A DNA stretch of 64,000 nucleotides, taken from the NCBI GenBank assembly GCA_964304625.1, contig OZ199838.1, positions 4,166,705 through 4,230,704 of the forward strand, read 5' to 3'. Every line of letters starts with the position of its first letter. The first letter of the stretch is position 1. The notes below the pieces were generated by a model. It searched no databases and had not been told where the DNA came from. It was given only the letters and a program-made list of their open reading frames with translations. The DNA comes from Kudoa neothunni. Taxonomy: Eukaryota; Animalia; Cnidaria. The translations under genes and the position numbers were made by a program. This document shows, piece after piece, positions 27,430 through 40,800 of the stretch.

Positions 27430-28510
27430 ATAATAATAATGTTTTAGTTTATAAATTTTTTAAGGGTTTTCTCTTGCTTAATTTAAAAGGTTTTTAATTA
27501 ATAATGAAAGATATCTACCATCAGATTCTTTAAACTGTTGTTTCCCACATTATAATGATAAGAATTTATGTCATTTATAATAAAAAATATATGACCTATA
27601 ATAAATTTATTAAAAAAGGTTAAACATGGTTATTTAACTTTTTCGGAATTAATTATTTTCATCATAACGACTAATAAGCACCTTTATATTACAATATCTC
27701 AATGTGATTTTTCCCTATTTGTTTATAATTTAATTCATCAACGGAAGTTCTATTTTCCTAAATAAATTGTACACTGAGTTATATAAAAATAAAATATTAT
27801 GAATTTCAGGAAATATAAAATAAATATACTCCGCAGAAAGGCAAAATTATATGATTGCGCAATTATAAAATCTTTCGTTTCTAATAACAATCTTATTCTT
27901 GTTGTATGTAAAGCTTTATTAAAACAATGGCAAACCATTCATATATTGTTATTTCGCACTTGTTGGAACATTTAAAATGGGACAAAATAAAAATTCTGCG
28001 CCATGTAACCGTTAGGTTGCACGGACATAAAACAAAACTTAATAATGTATCGAGATTAATTCAGTGTGACTATTTTGAAAAAATGTTTCACGTGCCAATT
28101 ATTTGTTTATTACATTATTTTAATATTTCATGTAAGCTTTAATGAAAGAGTTAATACATTCGAACCACTATACACGTTTCTTGCAAATTTCAGAGAAAAG
28201 ACAGAATATTTTATTATTAATCAACAAGCATTGTTTATTAAACATAAAGAAAATGGAATTTAATTATTTCGTTATAATTTATTGTTGTAGGTCAGATTCT
28301 TCCAAGATTCTATCGGATAGCGAACATTTTATTTATCATTAATTTGATCAATGATATTGGGCTCTCAGGGGTACATGTATAGAAAAAATCAAATTGTATT
28401 TAGTAATTAAATTCATCTTTTTTTTATAAAAAATATTTCGATGTTATCCAAATTGTTAGCATTATCCATTTGTCGTAATTACATTAAATATGGTAGTAAA
28501 AATCCATACT
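27430..28510. repeat. Dispersed decayed repeat, copy 2 (homologous to ~2735-3560)
   Basis: Same colinear blocks and orientation as copy 1. Confidence 0.6.
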
Positions 28511-29592
28511 AAATTTCATAAAAAATGTTATGCTTAGTCGACAATTAACTCCCATTTAAAGAAGAAATTTATTCTTAACTAGCGCTAATGCCCAGCTACG
28601 CCTGGTACTATGTGATGGCAATCCTTAACTTTTAGTTTTATTTTTGAATGGATAAATTCTACAGGAAATCTAATCTAATTAGTACGTTAAACCATGTAAA
28701 TTTTATTTTTCTATTTTAATTTATGCATTTTAAAGCTTGTCATTATTTTTGCAATATGGTGAACTAGATAAACAAAATTATGCGCACACTTCTCATTCAA
28801 ATATAAAAGGAGGTATTGAGAGAAATTAATGAGTATTTTTAAGTTTATTTTACAAATTATTGAACGAATAAAATTCATTTATTTAGTAAACGAAATCATT
28901 AAGTAACTTAAATAAGACTTTCAGTTCTTTTCAAAATTCTACGATAAAAATTAATCTCTCTAGTTATAAAATTTATTATTGGTCTACAAATGATAAAAAG
29001 ATAAAATGGACATAAGATACGTCGGAAATAAAAATATTAATTGTTACTCCTTTTTTCGCAAGTTTATAATGATGCCAATGATATTTTGAAAAGCTGTGAG
29101 CAGTAACTTACGTATTCACTTTTGTAACGTAATCCCCCGATTTTTTAATAAATGAAACCTTTCTTTTTAACAAAAATATACAAATTTAAGTAACGAAATA
29201 CGATTAAATGTAAAAATGTTATTGGTTTGAAAAATTACAGTAATGCTTAAATATCAACTGGTTTTTCCGAAGGAGTGCATCCTTTTATAAATAAACGTAC
29301 TACTTTATTTTCTAAAAAATTTCTTTGTATTAAACTATTCTTAGATTAAAGGAAATTTTGTGAAAATATCGGTTGAATCGAATAGACCAATAATTTCTTA
29401 TTAACTTACATGACGCGTATTGAGATTGAGGGGGGACTGTATTTTGTGCAAAAGTATTCGTGAATATAAATCCTTAAACTACGTATAGAATGAGATGCCG
29501 CATATTTTCTTGCGGATTTTATATTATAATGAATTATTTTTAGCGAAAAGAAAATTATATATTGATTTTAATATTAATTTTAAGGTCTGGAG

Positions 29593-30022
29593 TAGACTTG
29601 CAAAGTTCGGGACTAGCTAGCCCCGCATCCCAAAAAATTTTAAAAATATGAAATACTATAACAGTGACGACTATAATGATCTTTCTCCACGTGCTCCAAA
29701 TGCATTTCGATTCGCCCACCGACTTCCAAATAAGCAAGAAACTGCGTCTTCTTTCACTTACGTTGAACGATGGTCGCGGATGAAGACGGATTATAAAAAC
29801 AGGATCATCGAGTGAAGAAGTACATTTATTTTTGAGAAAAATGTTTATTAATTATTGATAAGAGAATTCATAAACATGCCCAAGCAGAGCACAAAGTTAA
29901 TCTAAGAGTGTTAATTGCTTCTCAAATTAAAGGGAGAACGAATAATATAACAAATGTTAAAAAATAAAAATCCCGAGATTTGAAAATATGAAAATTCCCG
30001 AACCCCGAAATTTGCAAGCCTA
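29593..30022. mobile_element. hAT MITE (TAGRC termini)
   Basis: TIRs TAGACTTGCAAAGTTCGGG / CCCGAAATTTGCAAGCCTA; 8-bp TSD GTCTGGAG/GTCTGGGT. Confidence 0.8.
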
Positions 30023-30336
30023 GTCTGGGTATAAGGAATAATTAGGTTACTAAGAACTTGAACATTATTTAAAAAATTATCTCATAAAATATAGAAACTT
30101 ATCGAATTAGTTATGACGGTTTTTTTTGGAAGAAAGTTTAGGAAAACCAAAAAATGAGTATAAACATCGAAAAGACGAATATAGTTTCAATTTTAATCGA
30201 TATATTAGATAAAAGGAAATGTTTACATCTCAGGAATTCCAATAGAGCATAATTTTCATTTAAGAAATTATCGCAAATATTTAATTATTCGAAGACTCCA
30301 TACACATCTCACATCGTTTTTAGAGTACGTATAGAG

Positions 30337-31068
30337 CAATGGTTTTCAACCTTATTGGAAACGCGGAACCCCAAAGAGATTAAAATTTTTTAAATTTGTA
30401 TTCGCGCTTATTAACAAAAATAAAAAAGATAATAGATATAAAATTAAATCTTAATAAATAAAATACTTGTTTTAAATTTGCACGCGAGCTCACCAAAAAA
30501 AAACAGATATTTTCAAAGTTTGTTTTTTATTCAAAATAAACAATAACTATGATATTTGTGGTTGGTGACTTCATATTACAGCTGCAATATTTGGATATTT
30601 TTTGTCTCCACGTTAAAGCGTTGAATCAAAAGCGATAACTTTTTGAATATTGTTCATATGTGAAAGCAAGCATGGATCATCCATTTTCTTTTGTTTCAAT
30701 AGTGAAAGACCAACACGATCCCAGGTATCGCAAAATGCTTTCTATGCAGAAAACTTTTTAAGGAAGAAAGACGAAACAATAGCAAAATTTGATGAAATTG
30801 GGGCTCTTGCATTCAAAAACGAACTCAGATTCTTGGAGCACCGCTACCATCATTCAGTGGAGTTTTAACTAATTAAGAGGATTAAAATCCTTATTATTAA
30901 AATTATTCTAAATTTAGGTACATGTTATGAGAATAATAATTAATTATAAAGGACACAATTGTTCATATTCGACATCACCAAACATATCGGCAACATTTAT
31001 TTGAATTTAGATGCCAATAGAAAATTTTCGTAGGTATTCCTGCCGCGGATCCCCGGTTGAACCCAATG
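30337..31068. mobile_element. hAT (Charlie-like) MITE
   Basis: TIRs CAATGGTTTTCAACC / GGTTGAACCCAATG; perfect 8-bp TSD GTATAGAG. Confidence 0.85.
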
Positions 31069-31607
31069 GTATAGAGACAAATTATTCCAACATGACAACA
31101 ACTTAAATCTCGAATTATGTGTTTTATTTAAAATGATCATAATCTTTTTCGCTAAACTATATCCATAACGTTTGATGAAATGAAAATGATTGCTAAATAA
31201 TCCGGTTATGTTTCAAACATTAAGGGTAATGCAACAACTCTTGTAAATGTGACGTTAATAGTTTCATTTGTCTTACAATTTCTCAAAACGACATATATAA
31301 CATTATTAAAAAATTTTACACCATAATCAGCGGATTCACTTTGTATATAGTGGGTGGAAGTTCATTTTAATTGACTATCACTCAGAAGTAAACAAACATC
31401 AATATTATGCAAGTACTTTTTAATCTGCTTTTTGAGTTGACAACCAGAAAATTCCTTACTTCTGACTACGATATTGATTATATTTATACTTCTAAGTAAA
31501 TTAACAACTTTTATTAATTGTATCACCTATTAAAATGCAAAAAAATCCTGTATTTATGAAAAGTTTCACCATGGCACATGCGTACAGCGGCAAACACACA
31601 CATACAC

Positions 31608-32206
31608 CAGGGTTGTCAGCGGGATTTTAGAAAAAACTCAAGTTTAAGTAAAAAACCACACGGTCGAGAAAAACGCTAGTCTAAAGTACGACAAAAAATA
31701 GAATCATATCTATTAAAGTTTTTAATCATCTTCTGAGTCTTCAAATACGTCTACAGATATTAAATTTAAATTTATCATCGTATTATTGCAATTTATTGGC
31801 GCGAACATCCACCCATACTTAATATCTAATATAGATCAATATGCTCACAGTGAATTAAATAATTCATAGTTCAAGATATATTTTGAAATAACATTAAATT
31901 TTCTATTAATGTGCGACAATGTTAATTGAACAATTATGCAATCGTGCCCCGATAAAACAATCTATTGTGCTGTCGTTCAATATCGTAAATGTTTAAACCC
32001 TGCATGATATAATCTGAGTAGAATACGTTATTAAAAATATAAATATTAATGTCGCACATAACAAAATTTGTGTTATTATTCAATGTTTACAGGTTTTCAA
32101 TAAAAACCCAAGATTTTAAAGAAAAATGAAAAAAAAACCAAGAACCCAAGATGACCACAAAAAACCCAAGATCTTGGGGGGAAAAACACAAGCAGTGGAC
32201 GCCCTG
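31608..32206. mobile_element. hAT (CAGGG termini) MITE
   Basis: CAGGG...CCCTG termini; repeated AAAACCCAAG subterminal motifs; TSD ACATACAC/ACAGACAT (6/8). Confidence 0.7.
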
Positions 32207-32808
32207 ACAGACATAAGAACTTTATATATATAGTAGATAATAAACGAATCTACTCAGATTTAAAAAACGACATGTAATACTAAAACGAAATTAAAGTTAT
32301 AATAAATTCATGCATGTGGATAAAATTTATAATTATAAAAGTATTTCTGTTTTCCTGTATTGACTATCAGTTCAATTTTTGTTGTTTAATAAACTGACTC
32401 TGAATCATTTGTATTGATTTAAAAATGGAAAAACGGTGTCAATATTTAATTTCGCTTTACTTCTTTGAAATAAAATTCACAAAAAATGATTATACACATT
32501 GATTTTGAAATATTGTCAAACCTAATGGCGGCTAAAATTAGCGCGAAATATTCATTTTCTAGTGTTTGTAAAAAAATTTTGCATAAACAAATAATCCTGA
32601 ATGTTTTTAAATAGCTTAAAAGGTTTAAAATCGAGATTTGCACTTAATAAAACGATAAAAGAATGACAACGAAAAGTGCACAATATCCACCTACGTAATA
32701 ATCGTTGTTGGCTGTACGAATTTTAAAATATTGAAGTTAACACGTAGTTCTATTTGATTAAAATTTTTCGGCTTCTTTCAATAAGTCCTATTAAGCCATT
32801 TTAACAGT

Positions 32809-33045
32809 GGAAGTGTCTATTGTAACGGATCGTAATAACCAGATGAGAGTAGTTTTGACTGTATTTAATTATTTATGGCCCTTCATCTCCGCTATAGGGG
32901 CTTAAAACAATTAAATACAACAGACTACCAAAAAATAAAATTTGTATATAAACTATAAATGGGAATTGTTGGGATAAAAAGTGACGTCGCGCGCAAGCGT
33001 AGATGCCGTTTAGGGTTAAAAATATCCGTTACAATAATTACTGAC
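32809..33045 (+). mobile_element. 237-bp MULE-family MITE with internal hairpin, copy 1
   Basis: TIRs GGAAGTGTCTATTGTAACGGAT / ATCCGTTACAATAATTACTGAC; colinear with 36086-36322. Confidence 0.75.
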
Positions 33046-33984
33046 TTAATCAATTCATTGATTTATCTGTGAAATAAAACCATAAGTAGGCATTTACTCG
33101 CTATTATTGTTTTAATGGATTCTTGTTTCAAAATCTATACATACATACGTCATCTAATATTTAATTTGCTGTAATACAAAAATATAAACGTTAAAGACAT
33201 TATGTGCGAAAAGATTAAGATTATACAGTTTTCAACTCAATGTAGATATATTACTTAAATACGATTAACTTTAACAAAAATACCTATCAATTAAAAAAAT
33301 TAATCACTCATCAATAAGTAAAGCTGGGTTTTCACTTTATTTATTGTACAAATCTTTCTGAACGAGATTAATTATTTTATAAGGTTGTAAATATAAAAGT
33401 TGTTTTCAATGCTTTTAATACTTATGCTTAACAATACAGATAAGTGTGAAGCAATTTACACATGAGCAAGAGTATGCGCGTAAGTAAAAAACTCCCAAAG
33501 ATTTAAGGTTTTATTTATGGAGGCTTGATAAATCCTTTTGTTAAAATAGATCAATTATAGTGTTAAATGTATAATTTAAAAAATGAAAAATATTCTATCG
33601 ATGTCTGAGTGCCTTTTCCCGACCAAACCAATATAAACCAGATCAGCGAAGCTTGCTCATCATTCTCAGACGGTATTCTCTTATTTGTAAACAAGTCAAT
33701 TACCTGTATAAATCAATAACACCAGCTATTAGATTAAATTTTATTAAATAAACAAAAAAATTATAAATATATTGCAAAAATTGTATCAAATAAACATGAA
33801 ACGGCAAGAAACAAACACAAAATTAAATATTACTAAAGAATTATCGGATAGAATGTAATGAAAATAAACTTTAAGCTAATAGATATCGATAGCAAATGAA
33901 AATCATATATAGTAGAGATATATCAAAGTAGAAATGTCGAATGGAGAAATTTCATCAAAGTAGGTATCACCAAAACAACTTAAA

Positions 33985-35432
33985 TTATTGGGAAAGAGAT
34001 TCAATTTTCTTTTCCAATTCAGCGACTCTAGCTTCAAGTTTGGCGAAATCTTCCGCACTGACTCCGCCTGCAGAGCGTCTGACAAGCATAGATTTGTTAA
34101 CATTGACTTGAACAGTGGATTTCATTCTTTCTGGAATAGAATGGACAACACGAGGTTCATATGTTTTAAGGGATAAGAATTTTGGTTCAATTTTTTTTCC
34201 AGCGATGAAATCTTCAACAGTCATTGCAGGAACGTCACCTTTTGTGTCAGGGAAAATATCTTCTTGGAATTTGTCGGATTTTCTAGGTACAATTAAAGAA
34301 ATAGGATCCAAAGCTTTATCGGTGGCTTTTACAAAGTGCATCAATTCGTTGTGATGAACATCACAAGCAAGTTTAGGTGCGAAACAACCAGCACGAAGTT
34401 GTTCACCCTCGTTGATATTACAGACAGAGAAGATTTGACCACTTGACTCCATCTCATAAATATTCATAATACTGCTACCTTTGGAGAAGAGGCAAAGCAG
34501 ACTGACATCAAAATCGTAAAATACATTGTAAGCAGCAACACCTTGACCAACAACTTCGTTAGCCACTGGTTTGGTTGTATCATCAAGATTCCAAATGCTT
34601 ACACATCTTTCACTTTTTCTGTTGAATCCAGAAGTGCACAAAAAGTTTCCAAATTTATCAACATATTGAACACGGGTAGGTTTGGATCCTTCGTGAGCTT
34701 GGAAAGAATGAACTATACTACCGGTATAGAGATCGAATATTCGGACCATTTTGTCCTTGAAAGAGGCAGCCAAATGGGTTCCATTTTTGTTGATGGATGC
34801 ACTGAAGATTTGATCAGATTCACCCAAATCTTCAATGCTTCTTATGACGGCGTAATCTTTCATATTATAGATGGTGATACAGTCAGCATTGACAAATATG
34901 GCAACATCAGAAGCAGATGGATGCCAAAATGTTTGTATAGCTCTTCGTTGCGAGAAACTCAGGTTGGCAATTGGCTCCTTGATATCCTCGGTAAGACCTT
35001 CATCTCCAATGCACCAACACAAAAAGGTACCATCATCATCTCCAGAAACCAATCTATTTGGATAGAATGGATCAAAGCTTAAATCCACAATAGGTTTTCC
35101 ATGACCAATACATTTTAATACTGTCTCCAATCTGCCAGGCTAAACAAACACATAAGTAGCATGATCTCCAAAGAATGAACGGTTTGTTTGTTTTTCGAAA
35201 CAGAGGTAACTTGGTTAATTCATAAAACGGAGCATACCTTATCTCGTCTCAAAACGGTAAAATCAAGCGATTTGGCCACATTCAATACTGCAGCAATAAA
35301 CATCTCATTGCAAGCAACGTAATTCCCGTCCAATCTACTCTGACTTACTTCAACACCTTCAAACTGTTGTTCCTTTGGTGCCGATTTGGCATATACATGC
35401 CTAAATTTGGACTCTCTCATAAACTTCTTCAT
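33985..35432 (-). CDS. coro: Coronin (short type: WD40 propeller plus C-terminal coiled coil), 2 exons
   Basis: Exons 35432-35238 and 35139-33985. MKKFMRESKFRHVY, GH..P..D..F.PF, WHPSA, AHEGSK, TSGF...SER, PISLIVPRKSDKFQEDIFPDT, heptad tail. Confidence 0.96.
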
Positions 35433-36085
35433 CTTTCCAAATCAAATAAGCTTATTATTGGGCAGGATAAAGCATTAGGCGAACATATTATATCAACCAC
35501 ACCTCATCCGAACATTTATTCGGCTTCACTTTAACTCAATCCGGTCTGTAATTGTTGACTCAGCTGAAGGAAAAATTGTTATACATTTTTGCCCCACTAC
35601 CCAGTTTATACTTACCGAATAGTGCAAAATTATTTGTTATACAATAATCGTCTCCCAAATCGTAGTGGATTGAAAATTGGCTTTAATAATCTATTTTATG
35701 TATTGATTTAATACCAGATAGATTAGCATTTTGTTTTTTAATGAGATATACCTTAGGATTATCTAATTCTTCGTCAATATATTATCGAGCATTTGTTTAT
35801 TAAAAAATTACCGTACTTAGTCAACCGAATCTGTTTCGTGTTACAATATTTATTTATCTGGATATATTATCTGGGGAAGAGGATTTCAGTGGTAATCATT
35901 TTATTGATATTTCAGGCCGATTAACCTCTAAACGACGAACTCGTACTTTAGCTTGGTTGGATCAAGTTGGAATCAAATGTGGTTGTCAGGAACCATTGCC
36001 ATTAATCATTAATAGTGGAACGAATCGCGCTGAACTGTTAATATTTATCACAAAACCTTATCTTTCAATTCCTGTGTTAATTTAA

Positions 36086-36322
36086 GGAAATGGCTATTGA
36101 AACGGAACAAAATATCCAGGTAGGTATAGTTTTGATTGTATTTAATTATTTTTGGCCCACATCGCTATCGTTTCTGGGTGCTAAAAATAATTAAATGCAG
36201 CAGATTCTAAGAAATAAACTTCATAGACCAACTACATGTAGGCGTTGCCGGGCTTAAAATGGACAATGCGCAAGCGTAGGTTACATTTTGGATTAAAAAC
36301 TTCCGTGTCAATAGCCAGTGCC
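36086..36322 (+). mobile_element. 237-bp MULE-family MITE with internal hairpin, copy 2
   Basis: TIRs GGAAATGGCTATTGAAACGGAA / TTCCGTGTCAATAGCCAGTGCC; 9-bp TSD TTAATTTAA/TTAACTTAC (7/9). Confidence 0.8.
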
Positions 36323-37113
36323 TTAACTTACCTAGATTTTCAGATGAAAACTTCGATGCATAACACATCCGAAAATGTGTAACGTTTATTGCTGATAGGA
36401 TGCAGACTCATGGTGATTTAAACTTATTTCTCCAATTTTAAATAAAATATAATTTGAACCCTACCGTGTAGTATTTAAATCACTACTCTCTCCATTTGTC
36501 CATATATAATATTTTGTATGGAAGGCAATGATTGATTTATTATCTCAGATGATGATTAATGATGGAATCGGTTTTAAGTCGCTAATACATAAACAGGTGT
36601 AACAATTTGCAATAGATCGAAATTAGTTAATTAAATTATGTGATAAATTTTTCACACGTTCCATACAAGAATAATCATACCTTGACCGAACCCTTAATTA
36701 TTCCGACGCTAAAGACATCAAACGTCGCTACCCGACTCATTGCGTTGGCGTGATGCTGGGGTCCATTGTGAACGTTTCTTGTATTAACTGTGGCATTTGA
36801 GGATACAATTATTATCATTAATTTTTTTTGGTGTATAAAAAAATCCAATTCATATAAAATTAATTCAACATCTGTCTTCTATATTACAGTACGCAATCGA
36901 TTTTTTGTACCGTTTAACTTCTTGTTTCTCGTTTACCTCAAAACTTTCTGTAAAAGTCGAAATCTAATGTTGGAATATCATATTAAAATTGGGTTTGAAA
37001 AAGTTTAAAAATAAAGAAAAAATGATGAAAATACGAGGAGTCCATCGTTGCCGATTGTATGTACTTTTTCTGAAAATTTTCGAGGGCACTTGGGGGTTTT
37101 TAGTAGTTTTCAG

Positions 37114-37345
37114 ATGGTAGGAAAAAGGACAAACGCAGATCTATTAAGGGAAATTTGGAGTAATCGAATTTTTTTCACACTTGCCCAAGAAGGGAGCGAT
37201 GGCTGCGACTGTTCGACATTTAAACTACCCATAATTTCAACATTTGATGGGATTCTAATAAGAAGGCGGAAATTGTGGAAACTCATGGCAATGGGCTAGC
37301 TTCATCGAAAAGAAAAACTTTGAAACGGTACCAACAAAGAGCTTT
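37114..37345 (+). pseudogene. N-terminal fragment of a pogo/Tigger transposase
   Basis: The frameshifted translation (TVRH.KLPIISTFDGIL...KRKTLK) parallels the N-terminus at 52525 (TVRHFKLPLISTLNSIL...RKTLK). Confidence 0.65.
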
Positions 37346-37829
37346 ATTCTGAAATTGTTAAGTGGGCTAATTTGATGCTCTCACGAAAAATAAAGTTAAC
37401 ATCTATTTATATTATTAATTAAAAGATAGAATTAGGCTCAAATCATTTGTGTGTGGATTCATCAACACACGGATGGTTAAAGCAGGGGTCGGCAACCTAC
37501 GGCCCACAGTGCATTGAATGACGTAAAAATTTTCCTTACTAGCTAAAATACCCTAATGATTTTTAAGATTTTCTAGATCGCTTTTCTAAATGTTAGTATG
37601 TTGTCGATACGAACATTGTAGCTATTTAACATTCATTTTCATTAATTCGGAAAACCGGAATACATGTGATTTTTAAAATAACGTTGAAATTATTTCTATA
37701 AAAGTATAAAATATTTTTAAAAGGGGCATATAGGTACATCTCGTTTGACATACTCCAATGAATCGTTCTTTCGCAAGTTAAGCACGAGTTGATTACATTG
37801 GAGGAGAAAATTGTCATAATATAATACTA

Positions 37830-40800
37830 CAGTAGGTAACCGGTAGTACGTAATCCCCTCGGGGCCGTAAAAAAATTCCGTACTATGGGGGAGGACCAGG
37901 GTTGCCAGAAGATTAACGAAAAAAGTACCAACAGTTAATCTACACAAAAAAGAGATTAGGGAGAGAAAAAAACGTAGTTATATAAAATGTTTTTTAATCT
38001 ATCTGAAACGAAATTGTTTCATTACAGTTATCTCCACAAAGTTTTGTTTCTATGGACGCTGTTACTGAATTTTCAGGCGGATTCTATTTTGTACAATCTG
38101 TATTCTAAAATTAACTTTTCGAATAGATCAAGCTGTTTAATGTTTCGGTCTTCAATAATGATATATTTTTCACTTTGATTATGTTCAATTGGGAAAATAT
38201 TCTTTTGGCACAAGCAGAAGAATGAGATAATGAAAGCAAGCTCATCATTAATTTTGAAATTAATGAATATTTAGGAACATCGCCAATTCTTTTTTCTGTT
38301 ACATCGTACCAAACTTTTTCGGGGTCATATATCGAAAAGAGATTTGAGTCTTCGAAATTTAATTGTCTCCATTCAATATCCACATTGGTATAGTCTTCAT
38401 CCGATATAAGATTAGGGAATCTTATTGCAAGGGGTATGATAGACTCGGCCTACCTCCATTCACGTTACTTAGATCTATTGCCTCAAACAATTCAAGTTCT
38501 TTAAATGAATCATTGTATAGAAATCGATCAAATATTTCATTTGTTAAGGAAATATAAAAATTGAATGTATTTATTTTATATTGGAGATATTCTTGTGAAT
38601 TTATTATGGAAGAATTCATTGTATATTTGCATGTCACTTTGGATCCGCGACAAACACTATCTAATGGACGATAATTTGAAGGGTTATTAATAGTAATATT
38701 CCAAATATCCACGTTTTTAATTATTTCTCTTTTCATAAATAAGCTGAGAATGACTTTTACTGCAACACTAATTGAATTTTTTAGCTTGTGTATTCGAAAG
38801 ATTTCTGATTGGAAATCAAGATTAAGTTTGTTTACTATCGGGAGTATAAAGTTTAAGAATTCAAAATAAATATGATTGATTGGTTTATTTAGTTTATGAT
38901 CTATTAATTTTTCGGATTCAAAATCATTCTCTGATACTGCAGTAGTGGAAAACATTTTAAGTGCATTCCATTGACCAAGTATTCTAGCGACGACCTATTC
39001 AAGTGACAACCTTCTCGTGCTACAAGGGCGTAATATCTTTCTAGGACAATTATCCATTATCTTTTGAAATTTCTTGTATTCACTCAAATGTTTTGGGCTA
39101 TTCGAAATATATGTGTAAATACTTCTAGTTAAATCTTCCAGCTCATTTGGAAGTTGATGACAAGCTTTAGAAGCACATAAATTTACTGATTGACAAACGC
39201 AACCTTACACGTAAAGCGAAGGAATTATTTGTTTCAGTAAACTCTGGATACCACTTTTGTTACACACCATAACATTTGCATTGTCTCTGGAAAATCCGAT
39301 AAGATTGTGAATGGAGATATTATTAATTATAAAAAAATTTATCGATGATTCAAAAATTCTTTTGCCAGTACAGTTCATTATCTCCAACATGACCAAATAT
39401 TTGTCCATTGTCTTTTTAACATCGTCATCATAATATCGAGCTACTAAAACTAGTTGTTTAGTTGCGGATATATCATATCTGTGGTTTCATCTATTATTAA
39501 TGAAAATTTAGTTGTTTGTAATTTTGAGATTAAGTTTTTTAAATAATATTTCCTAATAACACGACGAAAAACACATTTGCCTTTCGTTCGAGCGTATTTA
39601 ATATCTTTGCAAATAGCAGAATCTTCACAAACATTGGCAACTAAACTAGGAAAATGATCCAAGATTGACAGCGGGAAATTGTGTTCCGCAACAAAGGCAC
39701 ATAATTTCAACTCTGCTTTAGCTATTTTTCGAGAATATACAACGGAACTGTTTTATTCTATATAACTATCTATTTTCATATTGTTTGTAGATTGTCTCAT
39801 ATTTCGTAAATGCTTTCCAGTTGCTGCATGTATTTCGATTTGTGAAATACTCCCCAAAACTTCACATTTACACATTTTTCAGAACACTTCCTCTTTTTAT
39901 TCTTGCTTATATCAATCCACTGGATAAATCTTCGATCTTCCAACTATTCTCTTCTTACCTTGCGTTTATAATCTTTATATATTTTTGTTGGTGTGTTACT
40001 TATATCGCTTTCGTAGTCGCTATCATTTCGATTAAAGACCATCAAGAATTACTAACCCACAAAATATTACATTATGTATAATACAATAAAAATTACAGAA
40101 ATTAATTCAACTTGTTGAATGCAAAAATTATATAGTAAATTATTAAGACGCGCGCTATTATGAATGAATTTGTGGGTTATAATAAATGTTTGTGTATAAA
40201 ATTTTATCATTATCGCATTCCAGATATTGTTTTCCTCTTCAATTTCGTTTTCATATAATTTAAATATTTTCAGATGCTAACGATAGCTTTAATTTTAAAA
40301 CATTTAACTTATTAACAAATCCTCTAGTTAGAAATTTATAAACGTAATGTTTTAAGGAATTTTTTGAGCGACAATTAAATTTGATAACTCTTTCGAGCCA
40401 CATTTTTTTCGGGTTTAAAAACATTTTAAAACCCTAAAGTATAAACTTGTAGGCAGAAAAATTAATTTCGCAAAGTAAACGAACTAATTCCCCGCGTATA
40501 AAGCTAAATATACATTGGGATTACATGGAACTGATTTGACCATGAAATCGAAGAAAGTTTCATTTAAAACAATAAATAGATAACATTCTCGTGGTCAGAA
40601 ACTCATTTAACATATATGTGAAGAAAAAAATAAGCTCAAGTTTACAAAATTTTGTTAAATGATAATATTTTGAAATTTAATTGTTTAATTTGCTTTCTTT
40701 AGGAGACGAAACATTAATGGGATAGATTGGATATTCAAAATAACATCGAATTCAACAGCAAGATATATTTTGCATATCTTTGTATAATATTAAACCTATA

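Larger units (their letters stand above)
28579..32237 (-). mobile_element. Probable non-autonomous Helitron
   Basis: On the minus strand the 5' end is A|TCTACTATATATATAAAG followed by a TGTC/TG microsatellite. The 3' end is hairpin CCAGGCGTAGCTGG, then 9 nt, then CTAG|T. Pairing of the two ends is inferred. Confidence 0.55.

Noticed and set aside
32821-33033. Solo LTR (TGTAACGGAT...ATCCGTTACA)
   Set aside because: The inverted repeat extends beyond TG/CA into the GGCAGTGGCTATT-type TIR, and there is no 4-6-bp TSD. It is a MULE MITE.
13115-35082. Short overlapping or antisense ORFs in the track (e.g. 13282, 17919, 22609, 34543)
   Set aside because: They are shadows of the real domino and coronin frames with no independent motifs.
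32809-36322. Pack-MULE or composite transposon carrying coronin
   Set aside because: Each MITE has its own approximate 9-bp TSD and the outer flanks match poorly, so these are independent insertions.
36082-36326. Kolobok or Harbinger assignment from TTAA/TWA flanks
   Set aside because: Flanks fit degenerate 9-bp duplications better, and family members carry MULE transposase remnants.
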